Assembly (NCBI RefSeq): GCF_018350175.1
Contig: NC_058368.1
Location: forward strand, 117,616,001 to 117,680,000
Length of the DNA stretch: 64,000 nt
Direction of reading: 5' to 3'
Origin: Felis catus
Taxonomy: Eukaryota
In this document: positions 37,201 to 51,435 of the stretch, in pieces
Layout: every line of letters begins with the position of its first letter
Position numbering within the stretch: the first letter of the stretch is position 1
Translations under genes and position numbers: made by a program
Notes under the pieces: generated by a model
The model's database searches: none
What the model was told of the DNA's origin: nothing
What the model saw: the letters and a program-made list of their open reading frames with translations, nothing else

Positions 37201-40200
37201 TCACAACCCCGAGATCAGGAGTTGCATGCTCTTCCCACTGAGCCAGGTACAGGCCCCCATATATCCCAAATTGATTCCGACTAGCCTTTTTCAAATGTGG
37301 CTAGTGGCTACCATATTGGACCTCATGGTTGTAGATTCTAGACAATGCTGTCCTACAAAACTTTCTGTATGTGTGCTGCCCAAAGCAATAAGCACTAACC
37401 ACAAGTGGCTAGTGAGCACTTGAAATGTGGCTGCTATAACTGAAGAACTGAGTTTTTCATTTAACTTAATTTTAATTAGATTTAACTTTCCTTAATTTTA
37501 ATTTAGAGCCACATTGCCAGTGTTAGTAACCATTTTCTGCACAACCTTGGGAAAATTATTAAACACCCTCGCCCCTCAGTTTTTTCCTTTATGAAATGGT
37601 GATAACGAATAGTTTCTCTTAAGATGTTCTATCTTGCAAGATTTTCTCGTGAGGAACACAGAACAGGGACTAGTACATAGAAAGCTCTCCATAAATTTTA
37701 GCTATACTTTTGTAAAGATTTTTTTCCCCATGTTTATTTTTTAAGATTTTTTAAAATGCTTTTATTTATTTTTGAGACAGAGACAGAGCATGAGTGGGGG
37801 AGGGGCAGAGAAAGAGGGAGACACAGAATTGGTACCAGGCTTCAGGCTCTGAGCTGTCAGCACAGAGCCTGACATGGGGCTCAAACCCATGAACCATGAG
37901 GTCATGACCTGAGCTGAAGTCCAACGCTCACCCAACTGACCCACCCAGGTGCGCCTGTTAGCTATAGTCCTTGCCATGCCTTCGATGTGTTTACAGCCAA
38001 ATGGAGCACATAGGATATGTCCAGCTGAGAAACATTATTAACCACAGAAACAGAAAACCACAGTGTAGGGATGTACAGAGGTATGCTATGTTACCTAAAG
38101 GAGGCTAACCAATGTCCAGCTAGCACCAGATTATGTACTTAATATCAAAACTAATTGTTTCTCTAGAAAATGTGCTTTTTTGTTTCAATTAGCAATATTA
38201 ACACATTAAAGATTTGACTCAGTTCTCAGGGTCAAAGGATATTTAAGCCCACCAAAGAAACACAAATGAGTGGTTTAGGAAGTAAGGGGAGGTCTCCTTG
38301 ATGGCATGCAGGCCCAGGTTGGTTCCTTTTCCGTCATTGATGAGCTAAGTGACTCTAGGCAGGCTGCAGTGCCTCTCTGAGCCTCAGTTTGCTGAGGAGC
38401 TCATAACATCTGCCTCCAAAGACTGGAAGATTAAATGTGATAATGTATATGAGACACTCCCCAGTACCTGGCACATACCAAGAGCTCATTTGCTATTATT
38501 ATGATTTTTAAAATGAATAATCAAAGTAGCATCTTGTCTTTAAACAAATGAAGATTGCCTAAAGCTTTAGGGAAAGTAAAATGCTGCTGATATTCCTGCC
38601 CAGAAACAGAATGTCTGTGTTCTCCCATGGAGGGCATGCAAGGTGACCTTGGAGGCAGAAGCAAGGTCAGAGTGATCCTGGGGAGTTCCTTACCTGTGTG
38701 GGGGTCCAACAGGTTTGACAGCTCTTCTTCTAGCAGCTGCTTCACAGAGAGATCATCTTCAGAATCCAGGGGCCCTTCTTCCTGGTCTGGTTCTGCCTGG
38801 CTACCAGCCCTGGCACCTGGGCCATCTGTGTCTGGGACTGTGCTCCTACAAAGGAAGCCAACCAGTCCATGAGTGAGGAAATTCACACATAGATTCATTC
38901 ATTCCTGTTCATGAACATTCTTCTATTCATGCCAGCATTCATTCCTTCACATAAGGAACTGGATACACAGCTCGGCCTTCAGAGTCAGACGAACTGGATA
39001 ACTTGGTCTCAGGCCTTGTGCTACTACTCTGAGTCTGTTGCCTCATCTCTAAAATGGGGATAATAACCCCACCTCAAGGGGCATGTGAGGGTAAAATGAG
39101 ACATTGTATGTGAAGAAATCAGTACAGTGCCTGGCACCTTGCAAGCACTCAGCAAATAGAAATAACAATGAATGCGTTGATATCATTACTCACCATTGTC
39201 CCTCCCACTCCTTCGCAATACCTGGCCCAAAGTAGGAGCAGAGTAACTTTGGTTGAGACAATGCAGTCACCCATCCATCCATCTATCCATCCACCTCCGT
39301 CCATCTGAGTATGAGCTCCAGTGAGGGCAAAGATTTTTGTCCGCCTCATTCCCCGCTCACCAGTGCTCAAAGCAGGGGTTGGCTTAAGTACAAAGTAGGT
39401 GCTTAATAAATACTTTGTGGACAAAGTGACTGAATATTCCATATTCCCTATTTGAAGCCAAATCCCAGACCAGAAGAGCAGGGCAGCAGAAGATGTAGCT
39501 AAGGTGAGAAATCCAAAAGCCACTTGGACTCTACCTGACTCCTGCTGTCCCCATCCTGGCCTCTCCCTCCTGCAAACCCTGCCTGCCACTTGGGGAGGCT
39601 AGTTCTCGGGACTGCCTCAGTATGGCAGGACAGGTCTGGCCCCACATTCCAGCAGGTGGGAAGGCTCCCTGAGGAGCTTTAAGGTCTGGGCATCTTTTCT
39701 GCCTTTTTTCTGTGACCATTCCTGCTGTCATGAAGCAATCAGCAGGGAGGTGACAAGTTTGCAATAATGATGACAACAACTAATGTTTATTAAGCAATTA
39801 CTCTGAGTCACACCTTAGGTTTTGCAAGGTATGTGCACCTTCTCAGACTTGTCACATCTGTAAGGGGTTCTCTTGTTATTATTCCCATTTTGCAAATGAG
39901 AAAACCAATCAGTGGTGCTCTCCACCACCTCCCACCATCTTTGCAGAGAAGAAGGTATGAGTTGTCAAGGCAAGAGCACTGAACCTAGAGTCAGATGCCC
40001 CGAGCTGGTCCCAGCTTTGCCACTCACTGGTTATGTGACCTTGAGCAAAGTCACTTTAGGAGGAAAGGATTGAGCATTGGTTATGCACCTACTGCCAGTC
40101 ACTGGGCTGTGGGCCTCGAGTAAATCTGATCATTAAATCTTTACCCCATCACTGCAAGGAAGTGTGATGACCTCCATTTTACAGGTTAGAAACTGAGGCC

Positions 40201-43200
40201 CTGAGGATTTATCTGGCTTGCTCAAGTTTAACACAGCGAGGTCGGATCAAACTACTTAGAGCTCCAGTTTCTACATCTGTAACAAAAAAGAATTATATTA
40301 GATGTCCCCTTGAGGTCTCTTTAATTCTAGGCGTGTCCAAAAGAACACATCCACACACCCATATCCTTAGCCGGGGAGTCCTTATATTATGTTTAAGGGT
40401 CAAGAGAAAGAAAGCTGAAAGTTACACATTTAAAGCCCTAGCCCAGCACCTCTGCAATCGGGATAGATAGAGCCTCAGGGATGAAGTCATTTCCTTAGAG
40501 ACTCTGGGTCCTATAAATACTATAAATACAGTCGCTCCGGGACCACGCTGCTTGGAATGGGGGGATGGATGCAGTCCGGTGCTCTCCCAGGGGACTGCTG
40601 TCTGGGATGTGCTCACCCCTCCTCAGATCACAGAGGCCGCAGGGGTGCACGCGAGCCGGTGGGGGGCTCGAGAAGCCTGTGGGTACATGTGCTGCTTACC
40701 TGCCGCCGCTGGGCTTGGCCAAGTACTTATTTCCCCGATGGTTTGGTTTGGGCTGGAATTGGCCCTGATGCAGCAAGGACAGCAGCTGGGAGATTTGCTG
40801 CAAGACAGGAAAAATCTGTTGACTCCACACAATTCAGACCCAGCACACTTCCTTGCCGGATGTTTCCCTCAATGCCGGCGCTTTCTTTTTATAGTCTTTC
40901 CTCCAGCTTCAGATGTTTGTGTGATCAGATGGGGGATGGTGACCAGTGACGGAGGCAGGGACCTGTGCAGGCAGGTTCCTTGTTTTGTCCTGTCACCACA
41001 GGACATGGGTGTCTGAGGGAGAGAATGGGGACCCCCTGGGCCCATCCCCTCATTCTCATTCTCAGTGACCTGCTCCCGCTGGAATCTGTGGGATGGGGGT
41101 GAAAAGGGCATTTCCTGACCATAAATTCATTATTACTTTGATAAGCGTTGTCTGAAGGTGTTATTTCCATGCCTTTGGCAGTATTCAAACACTCAGACCG
41201 CAAGACTCTGCTGTGGAGAAAGCAAAATGTATCATTCATTCATTCATTCATTCAGCAAGGGTAAGAATGAGAACAGAAGGCACTGCAAGCTGAAAGCCCA
41301 GAGGAGACCGTAGAGGTTCAGAAAGGCTGGACAGTGGGGCAGGGGGTGAATGAGATGTCAGGACCAGACCATGCAGGGACTTTTGAAAGAGAAGGCAACA
41401 CACCAAGTCTTGGGAAGCTGAGTTCTAGTTCAAGGTCATTTCTAGTATGTGTAACGTTAGGCAGGTTTTTAGACATACTCAGACCTGAGTTCCCTCATTT
41501 CTAAGTTGGAGCTGGAAATACCCATCCAGCCTTCTTCACCGGATTGTCAGGATTAATCCAATGGTTTTAAATTTTTAAATGCTCAGAGAATGTGAGGAGT
41601 AAGGGTTGTTACTCCTAGAAACACTGCCTCTGGCTCCTGGGCCTACCCCCACTTTTCCCTGAGAAGGCCCACTCGGCCTCTCTGGGCAGCTCCAGCTAGA
41701 AAGTGTCAAAACCACAGAGGACAGTTGGAAGAGGAGGTGGTAAGGGCTGGGGTCTCACTGTGACTTGGGAGAGTCAGTGTCCAGTTGCCTGCTTCAGGGC
41801 AGATCCCACCTCTCTGCCAGGGCCCAGAAGCCCTCCTAAGGCACCTGCCACTCTTCCAAGGGTTAGCTGATGTTTCAGGGACAGTCCCCGACTGCCACGC
41901 CCTGAACATAGTGCTGTCATTCAGAGTCACTTCAATGTTAGAGCACAGACTCTGGAATCAGTCAGACTTGGATTCAAATTCTAAATCTTCCCCTGCTCCA
42001 GTTCCAACTGGATGGCCTTGAGAAATTAAGCATTTTGAGTCTCGGTTTCCTCAGCGGTCAAAAGGGAATAATAATGAGGCCCAGGTGGTTGTAGTTATAA
42101 GAATTAAATGAGTGAAGATATATAATTCATTTATTTACTTTTCTTTAAAGTAATTTGTCTACTCAGCATGGGGCTCGAACCCACAACCCTAACATCAAGA
42201 GTCACATGCTCTACCAACTGAGCCAGCCAGGCACCCCTATAATTCATTTATTAATAGATCTTATGATAATCACTTAAAAACTGTAGGGGTGGTGTATAAT
42301 CTCATTTAATTTTTACAATAACCCTAGGGATGAGATACCACCATTACACCCATTTTGCAGGTGTGGAACATGAGGCTCACAGGGACTACATAGCAGTTAG
42401 AAGCCGGGCTACAATTTGATCCCAGATCCGGCTCTGCTGTGGCTGCTGGAAAGACCTGAGCATTAAGCAAGCTGCCTCTTTCTGTCAAGTTGATCCCAAC
42501 TGGGCACCCTTCTTTCCATCACCCTAGTGGGTTCAACCACAGTCCCTGTTCTCTGCTATCTCTGCTAGCACAGTGTTTGGCTCAAAAAGCTCCCTCAGTA
42601 AGCATTTGACGAATGAACGAATGAACGAATGAATGAATGGCTCTGGGCAACCTCTGGGGCTACATAGGTCCCAGGGCAAGACTCGTAAGAGAGGAGCCGG
42701 GCTCTCGCCAGGTGGCTTCCTGAGGAGGGTGTAGGGGAAGGAAGCTGTGTCCTTGCTCCACAGGAAACCTGAGCCAATGGCCTGGCCAAACAGAAGTGTG
42801 CCTTGAGTGGGCAGCCTGGCACAGGGAAAGTTATCTGAAGTGGAGAGGAACAGATATGGGTGTGAGATAAGTTACAGTCTCTGAAAAAGATTTCCCATTT
42901 TTGTCTAGCAAATCCCTGGTCGCTAGATACTTTGTCCTTCATTATCCCATTTGATCCTCAACCCCTGGGAGGTAGACGCAGGGTAATTTTGGCATCATAA
43001 TTGCCATTTAATAGATGAGGAAAGGGGGGCTCTGATATTGACAGACTTGCCCAAGGTTGCCCAGCTACTAAGTGGCTATGCTGAAATTTAAACCCAGATC
43101 TGCCAGACTCCCAAGTTCTGAGATTGTTTCCACTGCCCCATTCTATAGGCCTCGCCAGCAAAGTCTAGTCTTAGGCAAGTCAAATGCAGCCTTTGAGCCC

Positions 43201-46200
43201 AGGGGCAATGATGCCCATGCTGGCCTGCTTCATGGGGAGGCTGCCCAGATAAGAAGAGATGAAGAGCTTTTGCAGAAGTAATCGTAACCATTTGCTGAGT
43301 GCTCACTATGTGCCAGACATTATTCTAGGCTTTAAGTGCACTCATTTCATCTTCAAGCAAATTTAGGAGATGGGTACAATTAACGCAGACGTCTTCAACA
43401 ACAGAGAAGCTGAGTAATGTTCCTTTGGTTCTCAGCTAAGAAGAGGTGGGGCCAGGATTTGAACCCAGGCAGTCTGAACCCAAAGCATGTATTCTTAGGC
43501 GTGCCTGTTGCTGTGTGTCTACTTGACAGACCCTAAGTAAGTGCTTTTATAAGAACTAATTAAGTCCTCAGGACAGCTCTCCAAGACAGATGCTCTTACC
43601 ATCATCTCTGCTTTACAGAGAGGAAAACAAAGACTCAGAGATAGCAAGTAAGGTGCCCAACAGCTAAATTCTGTTGACCTCAGAACTGTGCCCTGACCCA
43701 CTGCATCCAACATACCGTAAAGTCCCTAGTGAGCCCAAGGAATGCATGTGATGAAGGTGAGGGTAATGGGGGTGTCTGATGTGGTGGTCCAGGGGTGACC
43801 ACAGAGAGAGCTGCCCACACCCAAGGTACCTGAACAGGAGGGGAATCCATCGTGAGTTCCTCCACAGGGTTCCGCTCTGCAAAGGCAGCCACAGATAGCC
43901 GGACCAGGCTCCGCAGGATCTGACGGGGACCTGTCTCTTTCTCAGGGGTCACTTTGCCATTGAGATTCCGCTGCCGCCTCAGGGTTGCAGAGGAGGCCGG
44001 TGGACTCAGTGGAGCCTCCTCGCTGCCTGCGTCTCCTGGCAGCCTCCCTGCGGGGCTGCCCATAGCCTTCGGGGGCCTTGAGCGTGGCTGGCCCATCACA
44101 GGCTGGGACTCAGGAATGTTCAGGTTCTCCCTGGAGGCGTTCCTCTGCCTAGGATGATGGAAAAGGAGGTTGACAGTGTCCTGCAGCACCTCTTGGCTCT
44201 CAGCCAGTGCTCCCTGGTTGCCTTGGTTACGCAGGGTCCTGTACAGGGTTGGAGTGAGGTGAAAGGGGGCCTGTAGGCAGGGGTCCCAGCCTGCTTCCAT
44301 CATCCCTTCCTTGCCTGCCTCCTGGTGGGGCTGCCCAAGCTCGCTGGGCTCATCCACCTGACCCCTGAGCACAGGCACAAGGTGGATGTCTGCCTTCTGA
44401 ATGTGTTTCTGGGGCCTCTTGGGCTGGTGGCGATAGGTAGACTTAGCCTCCCGACAGTTGTACACCCCACTGTCCTTCTTCTCTGTCCGGCAGATGGACA
44501 TGATCAGAGCCAAGACCAACCCAAAGATGGCCAGAAGTACGACCAGGCAAATCACTGTCAGCACCGATGTGCTCAGGGTCCCAGGCTCAAGGGCCCTGTC
44601 CCTCAAGTGGTCCACACTGGTGACAAACAAGACGCTCAACAGGGCTCGGGTCTGCAAGGAGGGGCTGCCACGGTCTTCTACCACTACCTCCAGCTCCCAC
44701 TCACTCCCAATGAGACTGCTGGCATTGGTGATGTTGATGAACAACTGCCCCAGGTGGGGGTTGAGAACAAAGAGACGGGCTTCATTTCCACTCCTAATAC
44801 TGTAGAGGAGCTCTCCATTTGCACCTGAGTCTGCATCTCTTGCTACAATTGTTGTCAAAAGGAACAGCCGGGAACTGTGGGTTGTCAATGGCGTTGTATC
44901 AGCACCTACTGGACCCAAGCCATTAGGAGTTTCAACGGGTACCAGAAGGTGGCCTGTGGAGGCATTTACGAGCACTGAGAGGCTGGCTTTTCCATCAACG
45001 AGGACAGGATGAATCACCTCTGGGGCATTATCGTTGACATCCAAGAGGCTGACCCACACAGAGACGCTGGATGCAAGTTGAGGCTGCCCCCAGTCCTCTG
45101 CGATCACGCGAAACTCAAAACCAGCCATGTGTTCATAGTCCAGTGACCTCCGAGCAGTGACCTCTCCTGTCTCTGAATCAATAGCTACCAAGTGAGAAAC
45201 TGGGGATTCCTGGATACGGTATGAGATTTTTCCATTAATGCCCAAGTCTGCGTCATGAGCCTTGATGGTAATGAGGTGAAGAGAAGGTAGGTTGTTCTCC
45301 CGAGTAGAGACCTCATACCTGCTCTTCTCAAACACAGGTGCATTGTCATTGGCATCACTGATGTGAATGCTGAGCTTTTTTCTGGCTGATAAGGGCTGGG
45401 GTCCTTGGTCTTGAGCCAACAGAGTGAGGGTATATTTGGGCCACTGCTCTCTGTCCAGTGTGGTGTTGGTTAGTAGCATGTATGTATTGCCATTTGTCCT
45501 TTTCAGTCTAAAGTGACCCAGTTCTTGGCTCAGCCAACAGTGGACCAGACCATTATTTCCTGAGTCCAAGTCATTTGCCATGACGAGAGCAATGAAACTA
45601 TCCTTTGGAAGAGCCTCTGATACCAGCGATGGCTGGGAGGCCCATGTAATGTGGATGCTTGGGGCATTGTCATTGACGTCCAGAACCTTGATGAGTACTT
45701 TGCAATGGGCTGGGATGGGATTGGGACCCAAGTCCCTTGCCTGGACATCCACCTCATATGCAGGATTCTTCTCGTAGTCTAGGGGTTGACGCAGAATCAC
45801 CTGGCCCGTCTTTGCATCGATACTGAAGGTGTCCAGCACCTCTGGAGGCACGTGCTTACTGAGGAAGAACTCCACCTCCCCATTGGGGCCTTGATCAGGG
45901 TCCGTGGCAGTCAAGTTTATGAGGAGAGTACCAGGGGCAGCATCTTCTTGAATTTCTAGTGCTAGTGAGCTCTCAGCAAACACAGGGCTGTTGTCATTGG
46001 AGTCCAGGACATTGACCTTGACCAAGCTGGTGCCTGACTTGGGGGGAGTCCCACTGTCATAGGCAGTTAGCACCAGATCAAAAAATGAGTGGATTTCCCT
46101 GTCTAGCTCCTTCACCACCACAAGTTCCGCATGTTTGGTCTCATCAGGCCCCACGATGACATCCAGGGCAAAGTGCTCGCTGGGGGACAGCGTGTAGGAG

Positions 46201-46709
46201 TGCAGGGTGTTGGGGCCAGTGTCTGGGTCCAGAGCTCTGTCCAAGGGTATCCGGGTGCGCAGAGAGGCACTCTCAGAGATTTCCAGCTCCTGCTCGCCTT
46301 TCGGAAACTGTGGCTCATGGTCATTGATGTCCAGCACCTGGATCTCTACGTGGATCAGAGCCAAATCCCCTGTGGCAAGCACGTCAAAGGAAACCAAGCA
46401 GGGATCCTGCTGCCGGCAAAGCTGCTCTCTGTCCAGCCGCCTCCCTGTGCTAAGCAGGCCGTCCTCAGGATCCACCCGGATGGGGAGCGCCTGAGGCAGC
46501 TGCAAGATCTGGAAGGCAGTCCCCGTTTGCCCATGCCTCTCCTCCCAACCCAGTTCCCGGGACAGCTTGCCTATCACTGTCCCAGACGGCACTTCTTCTG
46601 ACACTTGGTATCTCACAGTGAGAGTGGCCACCTCCTGACAACCCCCTGGAAGGAACAAGTAGCCACCTGGCCCCAAAAGCCCCAGCAGAAGTGGCAGAAG
46701 TCGTATCAT
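33756..46709 (-). CDS. PCDH12: Protocadherin-12 (VE-cadherin-2); 4 coding exons, about 1205 aa
   Basis: Exons 46709-43830, 40797-40700, 38845-38694, 34243-33756 (3618 nt, in phase, GT-AG). Signal peptide, cadherin repeats with LDRE/DxNDN Ca-binding motifs, TM segment [25 protein letters not shown], and PCDH12-type tail ([31 protein letters not shown]). Confidence 0.97.
35258..35475 (+). mobile_element. CanSINE in PCDH12 intron 3
   Basis: ggggcacctgggtggctcagtc head, CT tract, A tail. Confidence 0.85.
36530..37520. mobile_element. MER3/MER33-like hAT-Charlie relics interrupted by several SINEs (including short SINEs at about 37000-37258)
   Basis: gagatattttacatt...actaagtcttcaaaatc; gtggctagtggctaccatattggac; gagcacttgaaatgtggct. 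Confidence 0.6.
36722..36955 (-). mobile_element. Young SINEC_Fc inserted in a MER3/MER33-like relic
   Basis: 16-bp TSD tatcacatccttttta at 36706-36721 and 36956-36971; CpGs retained. Confidence 0.9.
37730..37955 (-). mobile_element. CanSINE
   Basis: Reverse SINE consensus; ttagctata flanks. Confidence 0.85.
38694..38845 (-). CDS. PCDH12: PCDH12 exon 3
   Basis: ttgtag|G...ACAG|gtaagg; encodes [10 protein letters not shown]...[20 protein letters not shown]. Confidence 0.94.
40700..40797 (-). CDS. PCDH12: PCDH12 exon 2
   Basis: ttgcag|CAA...GGCAG|gtaagc; encodes [32 protein letters not shown]. Confidence 0.94.
42125..42238 (-). mobile_element. Short CanSINE in PCDH12 intron 1
   Basis: Reverse head gagccagccaggcacccc; TSD tataattcattta. 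Confidence 0.78.
43830..46709 (-). CDS. PCDH12: PCDH12 exon 1 CDS (2880 nt; ectodomain, TM, proximal tail)
   Basis: Long [19 protein letters not shown]...DSPPVQ followed by donor CAG|gtacct. Confidence 0.97.
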
Positions 46710-46989
46710 GCTTACCGCCAGAGTGGGCTAGACTCAGAAACCACTAGAGTTCTTCAAAGGGTAGGCAAGTCCTCCAGTGTTTCCTGGGGGGCTTGATTAG
46801 CCCCGTTCGCCAAAACCTGTGGTCACAGCCTTGTCCCATAATTAGATGATGATGGAAGTAGCAGGATTCCCAGGCAAGGCCATGTTCATCTGAAGAGATC
46901 TCAGAGGTCCAGGCACCGATGAAGTGAAATTGCTAAAGGAGACCCCACACAGGGGCACCCATTGGTCCCCTTCAGTAAATGATAGAAAG

Positions 46990-47320
46990 AGCCGGTCCAA
47001 GAGGGACTTGACCCAGTAAAGCAGGATGTGGGGATCTGACTTCCAAACAGTTGCTGGGCTGGGGAAACGGAGAAGCAGCTTTTTCCTATGGAAACCCCAC
47101 CTACAGGAAAAGGGAGGGCTGTAAGTTTCAATGCCAATTAGAGAAAGAGTGTTTCCCCCACTGTCGAGTGGCCTGTGGCTGAGCAGGATGGGAGTCCCAG
47201 GACAGGCCAATGGAAAGGTGCTATCCACTCAAGGTGGCCGCCGAGGGAAAGGCTGCTGTGCAAACAAGTGGGCAGAAAGCCTGAGCCTCCGCCTGCCCCT
47301 GATACCCTTCCTGGCCGTGT
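46990..47320 (-). promoter_or_regulatory. Probable non-CpG-island promoter/TSS region of PCDH12
   Basis: Unique sequence just upstream of the PCDH12 leader with several GGAA/TTCC ETS cores; TSS not directly visible. Confidence 0.4.
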
Positions 47321-50300
47321 CATGCACCCTGTGTCTCTCCTTTCCTCAGCTCTCTTTGATTCCCTCATATTCCCATTATTCCTCTCCCATTCCAGTCTTT
47401 TCCTTACACTCATCTACTTCAAAGTCTTGGCTCTGCCCGGATCACCCATTTTTGTCTCTTGGGAAGCAACTGTGATTAAGAGAGTGACTGTCAGAGCCCA
47501 ACTGGGTTCTAATCCTGACTCTGCAATTTACCAGCTGGGCCATGTGGGACAAGTCACTAAACCTCTCTGGGCCTCCTCCACTTCATCTTTAAAGTGTGTA
47601 TGGGAATAAGAACAGTAGCACTCACAACAGGAAATTGTGAAGACGAAATGAAATGATGCGTGAAGGGCTGAGTCCTGGCTCAGAGTCACAGGCGATGAAG
47701 TTTGTGAGCAGTGGGTGTTGAGAACTGAATTGCTGGTCCCACCTCAAGCTCTGGCTCTTCCAATGGCCCTGGGGCAGCCCCTGCCCACACAAACCCAGGA
47801 GGGTGCCCATGGCCTTGGCTCCTGAAGCGCAGGAATCTCTCTGACCTGACCACGTGGCTTCCTCCCCCTTCCCTTCCTGCTCCCCAGCCTTCAGGCCCAT
47901 TGTTTTCTGCATCTGGTCCTGCCTGAGTCCCTGTCTAGGGGAATCCCCGGCCTCCTGCTCCCCTGCCTCGGAGATTTTTATACTTTTCCCTCTCCCACGC
48001 CTTCCTCTCCGTATCCCTCCCTTCCCCTGATTCTTGTCTCCCCACTCCTGTTTATGACAGAGTCCCACGAACAGTACTTCTCTCCACCCCCGACACTCCT
48101 AAGGATGTGGATGTGTTCAGGTGTGCCCTCCCCCCATTCACCTCCTCACAACAGTGAGGCCCCCAGGATCACTTACTGCCCCAGCACCGTCCTGGTTTTA
48201 CTCCCTGCCTTGGGCTGAGTCTAGAGGTTTGTAAAGGATTTGAAATGATGGGAATTTAAGGCCAGCTTCCTTGAGGGGAGTGTTTGCTGCTGAGTCCTTG
48301 AAGCTGGAGGTACCCATTGGGACATGGGCCTGTGGGCCTGTAGGACAGGGACAGCTGAGGGAGCCCCATGGCCTTAGAGCCATCTCCCTTCCCTTCATCT
48401 TTTCTTCCCCACACCTGGTCCATGTTCCACTCCTGGAGGTTTCCCGTCCATGTCACTTGTTGAACCACACACAGCAAGGGCCTGAATCCATGGGGCCATC
48501 TCCTACAGTATGGTCCTAGAGACAGAACACTCACAAGCTTGGACACACTGTAAAAGTCCCTTAACCTCTCTGGGCCTCTGTTTCCTTCTCTGTAGAATGT
48601 AGCTTTCACCCACCTATTGAGGTTGTGGTAAGGATGCAACGAGATGATACCTATAAGGGGACAGGGAAGGCACTCATTGGGACTGTTACTGTAGCTTGTA
48701 TTATTTCCCAGGTTTTATGCCTCCGATGAAAATGGTGAAGATGGCCTTGCATTTGTCCCTTCCCTCCTCATTGGCCAGGAAAGCTCACTTTCCAGGGCTT
48801 CCTCAGCTCAGGCTTAGGCCATGTTGCCTGTGCATCAGAGTGAGCCAGCACAGGCCCCATGTTCAGAGACGTGCCCTGTGCTCACTGCCCCTGGGTGATA
48901 ACTTGCATGGCAACCTCGCTTCTTGGCCCTCGTGTGTCCTATCATGTGCAAGGCAGCTAGCAAGACAAAGTGACCCACAAGGGGCTTGTAGTCGAAGGAG
49001 GGCATGGGGAAAAGGAAAGAAGTGGTCCAGTGGCTCTGCATTCGGGCCTGGGGGTCAGGGGAGGCTCCCTCATGGAGGGCACTGGGCCGAAACCTGAAGA
49101 CATGGAGGAGTTAGTCAGAGGAAGGTGGGTGAACAAGGGAGAGACTGAACATGCAGGGGGAGCTGAGTGGACAAAGGCCAGAGGTGAGGGATCTGGCTCC
49201 TTATAGTACCTCAAGAGGGCCTGTGTGAAGAAAGAGGAGGAGGAAGGTGGTCTGGGGACGTTAGAAGGGGCCGCCAGATCCTGGAGGGCCTGGGGTCCCA
49301 TGCTAAGAATTTGGACCTTGTCCTGAAGGCCACAGGGGAGCTTTTGAATGGAGATGGCTCAGATGGCTCTGAGGAGGATGATGAGGACAGTAGCTATAGG
49401 CCAGGCCTTGTCCTGAGGTCTTTACCTACATCCTTCTGTGCCACCCTCATACCAAAGAAAGAAGCTGAGCACAGAGGGCTCGCTAACTTGCCCAAGATCA
49501 CGCGAATTGGACCTCCAAAAAGCCCCTTGGGCTGCACTCTGGAAAATGGACTGGAAGAAAACAGAGGAGGGAGAGGGGGAGGGCAGTTGGGAGCAATGCA
49601 GGGGAGCTTTGGTGCAGAAAACTCTGGTGCAAAGAATGTTTCCAGAATGCCATCTGGTGGCCAAAGGCAGAGAAAAAGGTACAGAGGCAGAGAGGTGGGT
49701 GGCTAGAGTTCACGAATATCCATAGCTCTAGACCCATGCTTCATGGAACACAATGTAAGGAGCTTATCCACGAAGACAATCGCTTCCTTTCAGGAGAAAC
49801 CCGATGTCACCCAAGGCCCACTGAAAGAATTATGGAATTCATGATTTTACCTGTATTAACATTTATATTCTTGAAGGGACACTGTGATATCTATGCTCTG
49901 TGTGTATGTGTTGCCTTGGCTGTACCATGGATGCAAAAAGTGGTCTCACAGGTCACAAGAAAACTTGAATTTAGATTTCACAGATGGTTTTTATGGTTGT
50001 TGTTTCTTTTATTCACACTGGGGGCACAAAGCTGAGACAACCCTATAAGAATCCAAAGCCAGCAAACAAGGTGATTATCTCTGGGAATGAGATCCCCACT
50101 TAGTGATTCTCTCTCTTCCTTTCTGGCTGCGGGGATCAGTTGTTCTTTAGCAGTCATATGTCAAGAGGTGAATGGAGTTTGTCTGGAGAGCCCTCATCAC
50201 TCTGAGTTTTGAAAATTGGTTTGAAGTCATGCAGGTACTCTCAAATAGGTTTGCGAAAGCTAAGGATGGCCTCCCTTACGTCCAAAAAATTTTTTTTTTA

Positions 50301-51435
50301 AAGAGGGCAGCATCAGGGCTGGTGTTTGAAAGCCTTGCTCACCACCAACTATGAGGTCATTCACACTTGGGCCCTTGGCTATGGGGAGGGGTTGGGGGAC
50401 AAAGTGGGAGGGGTGGAGTCGGGATTTTTTCAAAACACTTGGTGTCCTGAGGAGACTTGAGTCAGACCAGCAAGGTGGGACTCTGACCCTTGGGGGGACT
50501 CCCCGCTCAGCTGGATGCAGGCTTAGGATCGTACTCTGTGCTATGAATGTGCTGCTTGGCCGGCTTCCCACCCTCAGGGCTCCTTGTGAATCTGCCCAGC
50601 AGCTGCCACAGTCACCATCACAAGGCCACTTGGTGAAGCTCACAAACTTCATCCTCCTTGGGATCATTCCTGTTGGGAGGGTGACAGGACCACCCAAGGG
50701 CAGCCTCTTTCTTTTAGCAAGACCTTGTTGAAATTAGAGTCAGTCTGGCCAGGAATCTTGATGGGGAGACTCAGGTAGATGTTCTGAGTCTCCTGCCCCT
50801 GACATGGCACTTTGTGGTCTTTGTTGGGACAGATGACAGATGTCCACTCCCACACAATGGCACCTCTTTCTGGGCCCAGTGCAGAAAGAAAGATGTACTT
50901 TGTAGGGGAAAGTTTGCCAAGAAATAGAACTTTTCAAGGAATGAAAAGGCTTTGTGTTTTGGTTGTCTTGGTTAAGAGTGGTAGCTCTCAAAAAGGGCCA
51001 GGTGTCAGAATCACTTTTCTGAATTCCAGAGACAGGGCAAGAAAATTCAAACGTATCCCCTTCCCACCCGGCTGAAGAGAGTTTTATAACTGCCAGCTCT
51101 GTTCCCTCTACCATCCCTTCAAAAAGTCTTCACCTTTTATTTGGGACAGAGTTGGGGAAGTTGATTGGAACTTGTTTCTGGAAAGAGAGGCTTAATTGAT
51201 CTACATAATAAAAGGAAAATAGGAGAGGGGGGTTGATGAAGGCCGAGGAAATGATGGAGGGGGTACTGTGAAGGAAGGTAGCAACTTGAATTTGAGGACT
51301 TGTGAATGAATTGTTGTGAACTATGGGTCTCCTTCATGATTTTCAAGAAAAATGCAAGAAAAGACTTAAAATTTAGTAGCTTTAGTAACCACAATGGGAG
51401 CACATAAATTCTGAGTTGATAAGGGTTACACATAT

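Noticed and set aside
43680..43829. Last 49 aa of the 1009-aa PCDH12 ORF
   Set aside because: Read-through past the exon 1 donor (CAG|gtacct) into intron 1; no AATAAA seen nearby to support a truncated isoform.
43954..46601. Plus-strand ORFs antisense to PCDH12 exon 1
   Set aside because: Shadow ORFs of a GC-rich coding exon.
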